NCBI GenBank assembly: GCA_000435055.1
Contig: FR879709.1
Coordinates: forward strand, 129,961-153,960
Direction of reading: 5' to 3'
DNA: 24,000 nucleotides
From: Clostridium sp. CAG:138
GTDB lineage: Bacteria; Bacillota; Clostridia; Christensenellales; CAG-138
Shown here: positions 1-8,666 of the stretch, one piece after another
How positions within the stretch are numbered: position 1 is the first letter of the stretch
How the letters are laid out: each line of letters begins with the position of its first letter
Made by a program: the position numbers and the translations under genes
The notes under the pieces: model-generated
What the model was told of the DNA's origin: nothing
What the model saw: only the letters and a program-made list of their open reading frames with translations
The model's database searches: none

Positions 1-44
1 CCGAGCAGCCCCGTCAACCCATAACTTGTGATTCTTGCCAGCAT
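1..44 (-). CDS. possible 5' end of an unidentified CDS running off the left edge
   Basis: ATG at 44 on the minus strand is preceded by an SD-like AAAGGGGGAAAT run. Only 14 codons (MLARITSYGLTGLL) are visible, so no product can be called. Confidence 0.2.
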   Translation of the reverse strand, partial: MLARITSYGLTGLL

Positions 45-64
45 ATTTCCCCCTTTGTCCGAAT

Positions 65-96
65 AAAGCCATACCGAGTGATTTTTTCACTCGGTA
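65..96 (-). terminator. probable intrinsic terminator after gtrA
   Basis: A perfect 10-bp stem (TACCGAGTGA/TCACTCGGTA, 72-81 and 87-96) encloses a TTTTT loop. On the minus strand it is followed by TGGCTTTATTC. It lies 24 nt downstream of the gtrA stop. Confidence 0.55.
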
Positions 97-119
97 AGCC
101 GTTAAACGAGTATTAACAT

Positions 120-671
120 TTAATCTTCAGTGTTCAGATTGACTTTTTTCTCTTTTTCGTCGTTTTTCATGGAAGGAGCCTCAGCAGGTTTGAACACAAA
201 AAGCTTGTTGCCGACGAAGTTTACGATTATGCAAATGCAGGTCGAAAGCAGCATGCACGCTCTTTCGCCGTTAATTATCTTTGTGAGCCACTGCGGAAGC
301 CCAAGACTCATCCACCAATCATCAATATGCAAAGCATTGGTAAACAGCCAGATAAGACCGAGCGAAACAAGCAATACACCCAGATTAACTGCAATAAAGC
401 TTATGATTTCGCGCGCATCCTGTCTGCGCTCTTCTTTAAATGTCCAACGGCTGTTCAGAATATAGCTGTTCAGAATGCCGGCACAATAGCCGACAACTTT
501 TGAAACATAAACCGTCCAACCGCCCGTAAACGGTATTGCAAGCACGATGCTCAGCACCGTGCTGATGACCATGTCTATAAGTGTGTTGCCGATTCCCACC
601 AAGCCGAATTTAATCAGCTGGAAAAAGCTTTTTTTTGCGGCTGTGCCGCCGTTTTTTTCGTTTGAACTCAT
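120..671 (-). CDS. gtrA: GtrA-family membrane protein (polyprenyl-phosphate-sugar translocation family)
   Basis: 183 aa with four hydrophobic helices. The GtrA-like N-terminal motif FFQLIKFGLVGIGNTLIDMV and C-terminal GNKLFVFK are present. ATG at 671 has AAGGAG upstream. Confidence 0.8.
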   Translation of the reverse strand: MSSNEKNGGTAAKKSFFQLIKFGLVGIGNTLIDMVISTVLSIVLAIPFTGGWTVYVSKVVGYCAGILNSYILNSRWTFKEERRQDAREIISFIAVNLGVLLVSLGLIWLFTNALHIDDWWMSLGLPQWLTKIINGERACMLLSTCICIIVNFVGNKLFVFKPAEAPSMKNDEKEKKVNLNTED

Positions 672-825
672 TATTGAAACTTACTCCTTTACGCGGCAGC
701 GAACAATATGCCCGCCCAAAAGCCGGCTGCGACAGGTTTTCTGTCGAATTGTCCGCCGCACGCATTATCTTCTTCACCCCGTCCGCACCGGAAGCACGGG
801 CATCGGGCTTGTGTTCGGTATTTTT

Positions 826-3591
826 TTACCAAGTGCCGAAGAATGTCCATGTGGGCAGCCATTCAAGTGCACGTATATATTCCCTGCTGACCTGAATGCC
901 GCTGATTACGGGATAGAAAACCGCAAACAGCACGATCGCAGCAGCAAGCCAAATGAACTTGATCTTCGGAACGAATTTTGCTCCGCCGGAAATCATGTCG
1001 CCGCGTTCGAGCGGTATGTAGTAGAACTTATCCTCATAGTGCTTGAGCACATATACAGAGGCAAGTATTATCATCGGCACGGTCGCAAAGTAATGATATA
1101 CGAACACGCAGCGGGAAATCAGCATCCAGGGCAGCATGGACGATGCCATGCAGGCAAAGATGAAGAATATCTCCGCATTGAGCCTGAACCTGTTGCGCAG
1201 GAACATGATGAACAGCGTCAACGTGCCTGCAAAGCAGATCCACCATACCGCGGGGTTGCCGAAAGTTGAAATGGTTCCGAACTTTGTTGTGTCCGGATTC
1301 TGTCCTCCGGAATAGAACCACACCGGGCGGTTTCCGAGAGGCCATTCATACCATGCGGACTGATACGGATGCGTTGAATTGAGCCCGCTGTGGTAACTGA
1401 ACATATATTTTTGATTGTCAATAACGCCGTCCACATAAGTCTTGACCTTTTCGGAGAAGGTCAAAACTTCGCCCTCGGGTTCCTCATTGTACTCGAGCTG
1501 TCCGGCGGCACGAAGGCGTGCAATCTTTGTTTGCTCCGCATTAGGCTTCCATTGCGCCGTGTAATACGGTCTGTATGCTGCCGAGTAAATCGCAACGGGA
1601 ATGATGATGAAGAACAGGAGACAGAACAGGCAGGTTTTTATGAACCGTGCCGGGAACTTTCTCGCGTTCGCAACCGCAGGATCGGCCTCTTCCGCTTTTG
1701 TGAGCTTGGCATTTTTAATCTTGTTTGCCTTTACCCAAAGGGTTATCATCTTAACAAAGAACATAACCGCAAGCGCAGCACCGGTATATATGCAGATCCA
1801 TTTGCTTGCGCAGCCCAAACCGAAGAACAAACCCGAAAGCCCGAGCGGTATAAGAGTGTCCTTAAGGCTGTCGCCGAGATCCATCTTTATGAATTTGTAC
1901 ATGTAGTACGTCATGCACATATTGAAGAACACGCCGTATACGTCAATGGTCGAAATTCGAGTCTGCGAAAAATGCATGAAATCGAATGCAAACAACCCCG
2001 CCGCAAGCAGCGCAAGCTCGGGACGCTTGAACATGCGCTTGCCGAACGCATACATCAGGGGAATCATTGCAACGCCGAACAGCGCACCCATGATTCGCCA
2101 GCCGAAGGGATTCATGCCGAATATCGCAACGCCGACGGAAATGATTATTTTTCCGAGCGGAGGATGCGAAACCTCGTAGACACTAAGATTATGCAGATGT
2201 TCATATGCGGTTCGTGCGTGGTAGAGCTCATCGAAATACATGCCGGTCATGTAACTTGGGTATTCCGGCACGCAGTCCTGTTCATCGACAAGAGCCGCTG
2301 CGGATGCATCGTTCACCGTAACATGAAGCAGGTTGCCTGCCGTGTCAAAGAACGCAAGCTCGTTTATCCATGCTTCGCCGCTCACAACTGTCAGCGTGAT
2401 GTTTTTTGTTGTGCTGTGCAGGCTGCTGTTGCGAACCCACCTGTACATTGTTCCGAAACGCTGGTCGATTTCGACTGATTTGCCGTCATCTCCGGTGAGC
2501 TTGAATACAGTCGTTCCTTTTGAGCCGCTGCCGCCGGTAATTCCACCGTCATGCCAAACACTGCTGATGGTAACCGTATCATCAAATGTCAGCGTTACGG
2601 TTGTGCCCGGCGTTCCCTTCCATTCGCTGTCCGGTGCTTTTGTGGAGCCGAGATTCGTGACGGCAAGAATGCCGTAAACAAGAGTCAATGCAATAACGAA
2701 TATCCAGTCTTTTTTTGTATAGTGAAGCTTTGTATCCGTTTTTTGGGGGATAACAGGCTTTGTGTCAAAAATGCTCGGAGCAAGCTGCGCAGGGGTTTTG
2801 ATGGGATCGCCTTTGCGCGCCTTGTCCATTGATTTTTCAAGCTTGAGCAGGAAATAGATCGCAATGGGCAAAAGGATGTAAATGCAGAGCATGATAACGA
2901 TCATCTTTGTTCTTGCGGCGTATTCCGCATCACTCATACCCGTTGTGTTATCCGAGGATTGTGATGATGAAGTCTTTGTTTCAAAGCTTTGAATTTCGCC
3001 GTTGTAGCTTGTGAGCTTTTCAATTTTAAAATCGTCAAAGTAGGCAATGCCCATGCTCGTGCTGCTGAAATTGCCGAGTCTGCATCCGATTTTAAGTTTG
3101 GACTGTCCGCTTCCGGTTTTGCCGACAAGCTCAACCATTGTCCAATCAGTTGTGCCGAGAACAGGCGTTGAATAACAGGTTCGGTCCTCAAGAGCAATAT
3201 TTGCACCCGCTCCGCCGCTTACATTTTCGGTTTTGATGTAGCAGCTGAGTTTGTAAATCGTGTTTGCCTGAACGGAAACTGTCTGCGTGAAGTGTGCATC
3301 ATCAAGTTCTGCATTCGTGAGCTTCACGACATTGCCGCGCGCAGCATCCTTCACTACAACCGCGTTTGACACGGAAGTATCGTTTAAATAGGATGTGTAT
3401 TCCCACCCCTTCGGCATAAGGCCGCTTGAGTCGAGGCTTTCGAAGCTGCCGTTCGCAATGTTTGCGCTTCCTCCGCTTTTCGGGGAAGCAAGCAGCAGAA
3501 CGATGCCGAAAATAACACATACTGCCGCAATAATTGCAAGGCTGACAGTGAGTGTCTTTTTGTTTATCTTTTTCATTTCGTTTACTCTCAT
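826..3591 (-). CDS. GT39/PMT-family polyprenyl-phosphate-sugar-dependent glycosyltransferase with an N-terminal CBM4/9-like module and a beta-rich insertion in loop 1
   Basis: 921 aa. The loop-1 catalytic motif YFDELYHARTAYEHL is followed by SHPPLGK and many TM helices, as in the PMT_2 core with a C-terminal 4-TM region. Residues ~45-193 (ANGSFE...W...FDDFKIEKL) resemble a carbohydrate-binding beta-sandwich that sits behind an N-terminal signal-anchor helix. The start overlaps the upstream stop as ATGA. Confidence 0.8.
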   Translation of the reverse strand: MRVNEMKKINKKTLTVSLAIIAAVCVIFGIVLLLASPKSGGSANIANGSFESLDSSGLMPKGWEYTSYLNDTSVSNAVVVKDAARGNVVKLTNAELDDAHFTQTVSVQANTIYKLSCYIKTENVSGGAGANIALEDRTCYSTPVLGTTDWTMVELVGKTGSGQSKLKIGCRLGNFSSTSMGIAYFDDFKIEKLTSYNGEIQSFETKTSSSQSSDNTTGMSDAEYAARTKMIVIMLCIYILLPIAIYFLLKLEKSMDKARKGDPIKTPAQLAPSIFDTKPVIPQKTDTKLHYTKKDWIFVIALTLVYGILAVTNLGSTKAPDSEWKGTPGTTVTLTFDDTVTISSVWHDGGITGGSGSKGTTVFKLTGDDGKSVEIDQRFGTMYRWVRNSSLHSTTKNITLTVVSGEAWINELAFFDTAGNLLHVTVNDASAAALVDEQDCVPEYPSYMTGMYFDELYHARTAYEHLHNLSVYEVSHPPLGKIIISVGVAIFGMNPFGWRIMGALFGVAMIPLMYAFGKRMFKRPELALLAAGLFAFDFMHFSQTRISTIDVYGVFFNMCMTYYMYKFIKMDLGDSLKDTLIPLGLSGLFFGLGCASKWICIYTGAALAVMFFVKMITLWVKANKIKNAKLTKAEEADPAVANARKFPARFIKTCLFCLLFFIIIPVAIYSAAYRPYYTAQWKPNAEQTKIARLRAAGQLEYNEEPEGEVLTFSEKVKTYVDGVIDNQKYMFSYHSGLNSTHPYQSAWYEWPLGNRPVWFYSGGQNPDTTKFGTISTFGNPAVWWICFAGTLTLFIMFLRNRFRLNAEIFFIFACMASSMLPWMLISRCVFVYHYFATVPMIILASVYVLKHYEDKFYYIPLERGDMISGGAKFVPKIKFIWLAAAIVLFAVFYPVISGIQVSREYIRALEWLPTWTFFGTW

Positions 3592-5102
3592 TTCTCTGCT
3601 TTTCGTGCAGGAACAGTTTTTTGTGGTTTCGCCGAAGCATCATCATCCGCGAAAACATCGGCTTTTACTCTTCCGCGGAGCATAATATCCGTGCAAATGC
3701 CGCAGAATATTATAAACAATATGACGTTTGCAAGTGAGCACCAGAACACAAGGCGTTCATCCCAATAGAGGTGGTACTCATGCAGTTTGCTGTAATAAAA
3801 TGCTGCAATGCAGTTCACAAGCGTTGTTGCGCTCCAGCACATGAACATGCTGATAAGTCGCCTGTCGCCGTAGCTGATGTAAGCAACAAGCAGCAGAAGC
3901 AGCACGGGAAACAGGTAGCGTTCGTGCATGTAGTGGCCGAGAGTGAAAAGCGAGGCGAATGTGAATGCGGTTGCAAGACTCAACGCGCCGGAATGCTTTT
4001 TCCTGCCGAAGAAATACAGAACACCGCCGAAACCGACTGAAAGAACCATCAGAACGGTGCCGAGCTGGCCGTAAGTCAGCCCGAGAATTGCCTTCTCGGT
4101 TATCGGGGTCCAATTCTTTCCGAACAATGTGTAAATATTGTATGCATTTACGCTTGCGTATTTATAAGAAGTAGCGGTTCCCATATATTTTTGAAGGATA
4201 ATGGAATACCACGGCATGGTGTCATCGGCAAACGGAATTACGGACACAATGATAAGTGCGCAGGCGCAGGCGACCGCAGCAACGGTTTTCATTATTCGCG
4301 TTCCGACTCCGTCCGCACATTTTCTGCCTGTCGGACTGAAGAAATCCGGATCGAAAATATAGCAGAAATATGCAATCGCAAGAAGGGGACCCGCCATCAA
4401 AGCCTGCGGCTTGAGCAGGATTGATAATCCGTAAACAAAACCCGCAAGAATCGGTTTGTTCGAATTGAGCAGAATAATGCTTATTACAAGCAGGATCGAA
4501 AGAATCTGATCGATCTGTCCCCATCCTCCGGAAACATAGATGAAAACGGGGCAGAATGCTGCAAGGCACATAAGAAGGTACGCGGCCTCAAAGCGAAGTT
4601 TTTTGCGCGCAAGCCTGTAAACAAGATACGCCGAGCCTATATCGGCAATTATCGACGGGAGTTTTATCATTGTGACATAGAATATGTCGTACGAGCCGTC
4701 CGCCGCATAAACGCCGTGACCGAAAAGATCCGCTATGCGCGCCATCAACCCCAAAACATACATATATCCCGGCGGATAATCCGGAAAATTGGTTTGAGGA
4801 TTATAGAAGTTTTGAAAGCCGTTTCTGAATATTTTGTTTCCCCACGATGTGAAACAGCCTATATCGGTTTTGTGTCCGACAATATAGTAGGAAAAAAGAA
4901 TATGCAGCAGCAGCGAAGCAAGCAGCGTCCACACAACAAGGAGATTGTCTGATTTGTCGCGTACACCGTTCACAAGAACGGCTCTGCTTTTTTTGATGCT
5001 TACATAGACCATGTAGATCAGCAAAAAGGCAATCGTTGCCAAAATGGAAGCGATCAGTATTTGCTCGGTCGGAAATTTGGTCGGCGTCATATTGAATGCC
5101 AT
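3588..5102 (-). CDS. GT-C fold integral-membrane glycosyltransferase (Gpi18/PIG-V-like or ArnT-like, exact family uncertain)
   Basis: Polytopic membrane protein. Its first external loop carries FTSWGNKIF...FYNPQTNFPDYPPGYMYVLGL, a motif I associate with COG5542-type mannosyltransferase-like GT-C enzymes. The ORF is open to an ATG at 5180, which has no SD. TAAGGAGG lies directly before the ATG at 5102, with another ATG at 5090, so the true start is probably 5102 or 5090. Confidence 0.7.
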   Translation of the reverse strand: MAFNMTPTKFPTEQILIASILATIAFLLIYMVYVSIKKSRAVLVNGVRDKSDNLLVVWTLLASLLLHILFSYYIVGHKTDIGCFTSWGNKIFRNGFQNFYNPQTNFPDYPPGYMYVLGLMARIADLFGHGVYAADGSYDIFYVTMIKLPSIIADIGSAYLVYRLARKKLRFEAAYLLMCLAAFCPVFIYVSGGWGQIDQILSILLVISIILLNSNKPILAGFVYGLSILLKPQALMAGPLLAIAYFCYIFDPDFFSPTGRKCADGVGTRIMKTVAAVACACALIIVSVIPFADDTMPWYSIILQKYMGTATSYKYASVNAYNIYTLFGKNWTPITEKAILGLTYGQLGTVLMVLSVGFGGVLYFFGRKKHSGALSLATAFTFASLFTLGHYMHERYLFPVLLLLLVAYISYGDRRLISMFMCWSATTLVNCIAAFYYSKLHEYHLYWDERLVFWCSLANVILFIIFCGICTDIMLRGRVKADVFADDDASAKPQKTVPARKAEK

Positions 5103-5186
5103 CCTCCTTATGAAAGCCTGCTGTAAGATGCCGAATGCGTCCGGCTGACCTCTGTCACACCGCTCACGTTCGCGCATCATACACCG

Positions 5187-5216
5187 ATTTTATTTATTTT
5201 ACCATATTATGTTCAA
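5187..5216 (-). promoter_or_regulatory. candidate sigma-A promoter of the glycosylation cluster
   Basis: The minus strand reads TTGAAC-18 nt-TAAAAT, and the spacer also contains an extended -10, TGGTAAAAT. The site lies just downstream of the yraN terminator. The predicted TSS near 5180 argues against the ATG at 5180 as the start codon. Confidence 0.4.
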
Positions 5217-5235
5217 AATTTGAAGTGCCGAACGC

Positions 5236-5270
5236 AAAAAAAAGCAGCAAACAACAAAATTGAAAGCTGC
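5236..5270 (-). terminator. probable intrinsic terminator after yraN
   Basis: The minus strand reads GCAGC...GCTGC, with an interrupted stem that has inner CAA/TTG pairs, followed by a run of eight T. The weak stem lowers confidence. Confidence 0.45.
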
Positions 5271-5302
5271 GGGAAAAGTCGATAACGGATTTTTTATTTT
5301 GT

Positions 5303-5680
5303 TTAAATCGTAAATGCATTTTCTATATGTCTGATTTTATGTTCCGAAAGTATCACTTCAATTATATCGAAGCGATAGTAAACCGCCTTTTGCCTGTAAT
5401 TTGCCGCAAAATACTTTGCAGCGTAAGCCATGTTTGCTCTTTTTGCAGAACCGACACGCAGCATCGGCGGCAGCTCCTTTGAATCGAGAGCGGTCTTGAC
5501 CTCGACAAAGGCAACGGTGCTTCCTTTTTTTGCGATTATATCAATCTCCTTGTGTGCAACACGGTAATTGCGCTGAAGGATTCGGTACCCGTGCAAACGA
5601 AGGTAAAGCCTTGCCAAACGCTCCCCTCTTGCACCGATGCGCTGCTGTTTGCTTCCGTTTTCAATATTCAGCCGTTCCAA
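5303..5680 (-). CDS. yraN: YraN-family (UPF0102) endonuclease-like protein
   Basis: The YraN signature GARGERLARLYLRLHGYRILQRNYRVAHKEIDIIAKKGSTVAFVEVKT is present. The track ORF extends to 5797, where it overlaps rnhB. GGAGG-5 nt-TTG at 5680 gives a typical ~125-aa product. Confidence 0.85.
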   Translation of the reverse strand: MERLNIENGSKQQRIGARGERLARLYLRLHGYRILQRNYRVAHKEIDIIAKKGSTVAFVEVKTALDSKELPPMLRVGSAKRANMAYAAKYFAANYRQKAVYYRFDIIEVILSEHKIRHIENAFTI

Positions 5681-5714
5681 TTGCACCTCCGATCGGGTGT
5701 ATACAGCAACGCGG

Positions 5715-6374
5715 TCAGCATTCACCGCGTTCCGCAAGAATTTTTTTGATGAAGCTGCGCCTGTGAAGTTCGCACGGACCGAATTCACGAAGCGCATCCA
5801 TATGCTGCTTTGTTCCGTAACCGACGTTTTTTTCGAAACCGTACTGCGGAAATTTCTCCGCTGCGGCGATCATGTATCTGTCTCTTTCCACTTTTGCAAC
5901 TATGCTTGCCGCCGCAATGGAATAACACAATGCATCGCCGTGGATAAGGCTGTGCTGCACGGCGGGAATATCAAGTTCTTTAACGGCATCAACAAAAACG
6001 TCGCTGCACACGTAATCGCCCGGGCAATGCGCCAAAGCATTCCTGTAAGCTTCGGCAAACGCCTTTTTTGTTGCCTGAAGAATATTTATCTCATCAATTT
6101 CCTTTTGAAACACCCATCCTGTGCCGAAAGCTGTCGCTCCGCCTGTAATAAGCGGGTAAAGCTTTTCCATGCGCTTCTTTGTAAGCTTTTTGGAATCGTT
6201 CACGCCCTCTGTCACAAATCCCGGAGGAAGGATCACGCATGCGGCAACAACGGGGCCCGCGAGCGGTCCGCGCCCGACTTCATCCATTCCCGCAACGGCG
6301 ATACCGCGTTCCCAGAACGGGCGTTCGTATTGAGTCATTTGTTCAAGCCGTTCGGCCTCGTTAATCTTTTTCAT
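5715..6374 (-). CDS. rnhB: ribonuclease HII
   Basis: GMDEVGRGPLAGPVVAACVIL with DSKKL motifs, 219 aa. It sits in the conserved position after rbgA. Confidence 0.95.
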   Translation of the reverse strand: MKKINEAERLEQMTQYERPFWERGIAVAGMDEVGRGPLAGPVVAACVILPPGFVTEGVNDSKKLTKKRMEKLYPLITGGATAFGTGWVFQKEIDEINILQATKKAFAEAYRNALAHCPGDYVCSDVFVDAVKELDIPAVQHSLIHGDALCYSIAAASIVAKVERDRYMIAAAEKFPQYGFEKNVGYGTKQHMDALREFGPCELHRRSFIKKILAERGEC

Positions 6375-7263
6375 TGTTTATATCGGTTTGCTCCGCTTGC
6401 TGGGGTTCGAAATTATCCGTGGGGTTTTCAAGAGCAACGGCGGCAATTTTGCCCGCACGATACTCATCAAGAACTATTCTTGCGCCGCGTTCCGTATCAA
6501 AAACTCCGCCCGAAAGAATAAACCCGCGGCTGCGGCACACGCCTTCCAGCAGAAGCTCGGGAATATCCTGTTTCGGATCAAGCTTTTTGTATCTTGCCGT
6601 CAAAGCCTCCGGGCATATGCGCACAAGGTCAAAAAGCAGCAGGGCCGAAATTTCCTCGATATCAAGCACATCATCCCGAATCGAACCAATATATGCAAGA
6701 TGCTTTGCAAGTATCTCGTTATCCAACTTGCCCCAAAGCAAACCCGGAGTGTCAAGAAGCTCGAGATAGTCCGAAACTTTGACCCATTGCTTTGACCGCG
6801 TAACGCCCGGACGATCGCCGACCTGCGCTCTTGCCGCGCCCGCAATACGATTGATGAAAGTGGATTTTCCGACATTCGGAACGCCGACGACCATTGCGCG
6901 CAAAGTTTTTTTAATGCCTTTTTCGCGATACCGCCGAACGGTCTCCTCCCCCGTTTTTTCAATAAGCTCAATTGCACGTTTGCGTGTTGAGGGCTGAGTT
7001 GAGATAAACTCCGCAGCTGTGATTCCCTGCTTTGCAAAATAACTTATCCATGCGCGATTCTGAGTTTTTGATGAAAGGTCACTTTTATTAAGAACAACAA
7101 CACGCAGCTTGTTTTTGAAAAGAGCTTCGAAATCGGGATTGCGGCAAGCCATCGGTGCGCGTGCATCGACAATTTCGATTATCATGTCAACAAGCTTTAA
7201 GTTGTCCTCCAGCATACGTCTGGCTTTTGCCATGTGCCCGGGATACCAATTTATCGTGTGCAT
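6361..7263 (-). CDS. rbgA: ribosome biogenesis GTPase A (YlqF/RbgA)
   Basis: The N-terminus is INWYPGHMAKA. The G motifs are circularly permuted (NKSDL before GVPNVGKST, then DTPG). GGAGGTAAAACCC lies before the ATG. Confidence 0.95.
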   Translation of the reverse strand: MHTINWYPGHMAKARRMLEDNLKLVDMIIEIVDARAPMACRNPDFEALFKNKLRVVVLNKSDLSSKTQNRAWISYFAKQGITAAEFISTQPSTRKRAIELIEKTGEETVRRYREKGIKKTLRAMVVGVPNVGKSTFINRIAGAARAQVGDRPGVTRSKQWVKVSDYLELLDTPGLLWGKLDNEILAKHLAYIGSIRDDVLDIEEISALLLFDLVRICPEALTARYKKLDPKQDIPELLLEGVCRSRGFILSGGVFDTERGARIVLDEYRAGKIAAVALENPTDNFEPQQAEQTDINNEKD

Positions 7264-7380
7264 GGGTTTTACCTCCGAAACAGGTTGATAATTCTTTTTT
7301 TGCGGCAGTCATCGGCGCGAAACGGAATTCGGCAGCTTTTTGCAGCGGCGGCAAAGCCCCGCAATGCCTGCGCAAAATCG

Positions 7381-7420
7381 ATATAAAATCAGCCTCCTTC
7401 CCCGTTTGGGTCGGGAGGCC
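7381..7420 (-). terminator. possible intrinsic terminator after rplS
   Basis: The minus strand has an interrupted GC-rich hairpin, GGCCTCCCGACCCAAACGGGGAAGGAGGC, followed by TGATTTTATATCGATTTT. Confidence 0.45.
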
Positions 7421-7444
7421 TTTTCAGAAAAAGGAAAATCTTGA

Positions 7445-7798
7445 TTACTTGGTAACGATGCGTTCTTTGATCTTTGCAGCCTTACCGGTCCTCTCACGGA
7501 GGTAATAGAGCTTCGCCCTGCGGACAACGCCGTGGCGAACAACTTCAATCCTGCCGATGCGCGGGCTGTGATAGGGGAAAGTCCTCTCAACACCTACACC
7601 GTAGCTGATACGGCGAACGGTGAAAGTCTTGCGGATGCCGCCGCCCTGCATTTTGATGACGATGCCTTCAAAATTCTGGAGCCTTTCGCGGTTTCCTTCA
7701 ACGACCTTAACGTATACGCGAACGGTGTCACCGATTTCGAGCTTGGGAAGATCGGAACGAAGCTGCTCTTTTTCGAGTTCTCTGATGATGTCTGACAT
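7445..7798 (-). CDS. rplS: 50S ribosomal protein L19
   Basis: [13 protein letters not shown]...[27 protein letters not shown] matches L19. AAGGAGATTACT precedes the ATG at 7798. The longer ORF to 7855 is an upstream extension artefact. Confidence 0.95.
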   Translation of the reverse strand: MSDIIRELEKEQLRSDLPKLEIGDTVRVYVKVVEGNRERLQNFEGIVIKMQGGGIRKTFTVRRISYGVGVERTFPYHSPRIGRIEVVRHGVVRRAKLYYLRERTGKAAKIKERIVTK

Positions 7799-7866
7799 AG
7801 TAATCTCCTTATTTACAGATGTTCTTAGCCGACCTGCGACCAGCGGACCATCCAATTAACCATAGA

Positions 7867-7895
7867 ATTATAGCATTTTTCTGCACAGAATGCAA
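7867..7895 (-). promoter_or_regulatory. sigma-A promoter for rplS
   Basis: The minus strand reads TTGCAT-17 nt-TATAAT, with TGC immediately 5' of the -10. It lies ~60 nt upstream of the rplS RBS. Confidence 0.7.
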
Positions 7896-7934
7896 GAGCA
7901 ATTTTTCAAAAAATGAGCAGAGACGCAATATATA

Positions 7935-8666
7935 TTACTCATTTTCCAACGATTGCAGGTATTTTTTATCCGCCGCAGTCAGATTTGCCCTTTCAAGAAG
8001 GTCCGGACGCATCTGTTTTGTTTTTTTGAGAGCTTCCTGCCTCCGCCAACGCAGAATTTCGGCATGGTTGCCGTTCAGCAGCACGGGCGGAACCTCTCTG
8101 CCCCTGAAATTCGCGGGACGCGTGTACTGAGGGTATTCCAGCAGTCCCCAGTCGGAAAAGCTTTCCTCCTCGGTTGATTCGGAGCTTCCGAGCACACCGG
8201 GAATGAACCTTGAAACGCAGTCGATAACGACCATTGCGGGCAATTCGCCGCCCGTCAGAACATAGTCGCCGATTGAAATTTCATCATCGATAAGTTCCGA
8301 TACGCGTTCGTCAATGCCTTCATAATGCCCCGCAAGGAAAAGAAGACGCTTCTCCGAAGCGAGTTCTTTTGCAAGTGCCGGTGTCAGCACTCTGCCGCGC
8401 GGACTCATCACAATGCAGCGCGGCTTTTCAGGAGCTTCGGCTGCGACGCTTTCGATGCAGTCAAAAATCGGCTGCGCAAGCATGACCATGCCCGCCCCGC
8501 CTCCGAACGGATAATCATCGGTATTACGGTGCTTGTTCTGCGAAAAATCACGTATATTATGCGTTTTGAATTCCAAAATGCCCTTTGATGCCGCCCTGCC
8601 GAGAATGCTTGATGACAGGATATTGCTGAACATTTCGGGAAAAATTGTAAGAATATCAATCCTCAA
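7935..8666 (-). CDS. trmD: tRNA (guanine37-N1)-methyltransferase
   Basis: RIDILTIFPEMF, DDYPFGGGAGMVM and GHYEGIDERV motifs are present. The likely TTG start at 8666 lies 9 nt after GGAGG and overlaps the rimM stop. The track ORF to 8726 is over-extended. Confidence 0.95.
   Translation of the reverse strand: MRIDILTIFPEMFSNILSSSILGRAASKGILEFKTHNIRDFSQNKHRNTDDYPFGGGAGMVMLAQPIFDCIESVAAEAPEKPRCIVMSPRGRVLTPALAKELASEKRLLFLAGHYEGIDERVSELIDDEISIGDYVLTGGELPAMVVIDCVSRFIPGVLGSSESTEEESFSDWGLLEYPQYTRPANFRGREVPPVLLNGNHAEILRWRRQEALKKTKQMRPDLLERANLTAADKKYLQSLENE

Noticed and set aside
672-825. 154-bp GC-rich gap between the GT39 gene and gtrA, examined for a terminator or promoter
   Set aside because: It contains only short imperfect hairpins with no U-tract and no -35/-10 pair, so the genes are most simply co-transcribed.
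1390-2478. Long antisense ORFs inside confidently called genes (for example 1390..2478, 547..1269, 5637..6521, 16869..17648, 17975..18904, 20647..21456)
   Set aside because: Each is fully embedded opposite a gene with clear family motifs. Their translations are Arg/Cys/His-rich or low-complexity and have no recognisable motifs or RBS.
5681-5797. N-terminal extensions in the longest-ORF track (yraN to 5797, GT-C to 5180, rplS to 7855, trmD to 8726, KH protein to 9549, NUDIX to 12734, HTH to 15987, clpC-like to 20581)
   Set aside because: In each case a downstream start has a much better SD and gives the family-typical N-terminus. The extensions overlap neighbouring genes or promoters.
7799-7866. 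Possible L19 autoregulatory leader RNA in the ~60-nt rplS 5' UTR
   Set aside because: I could not fold a convincing conserved structure by eye and cannot run a covariance model. A cmsearch with Rfam L19_leader would decide.
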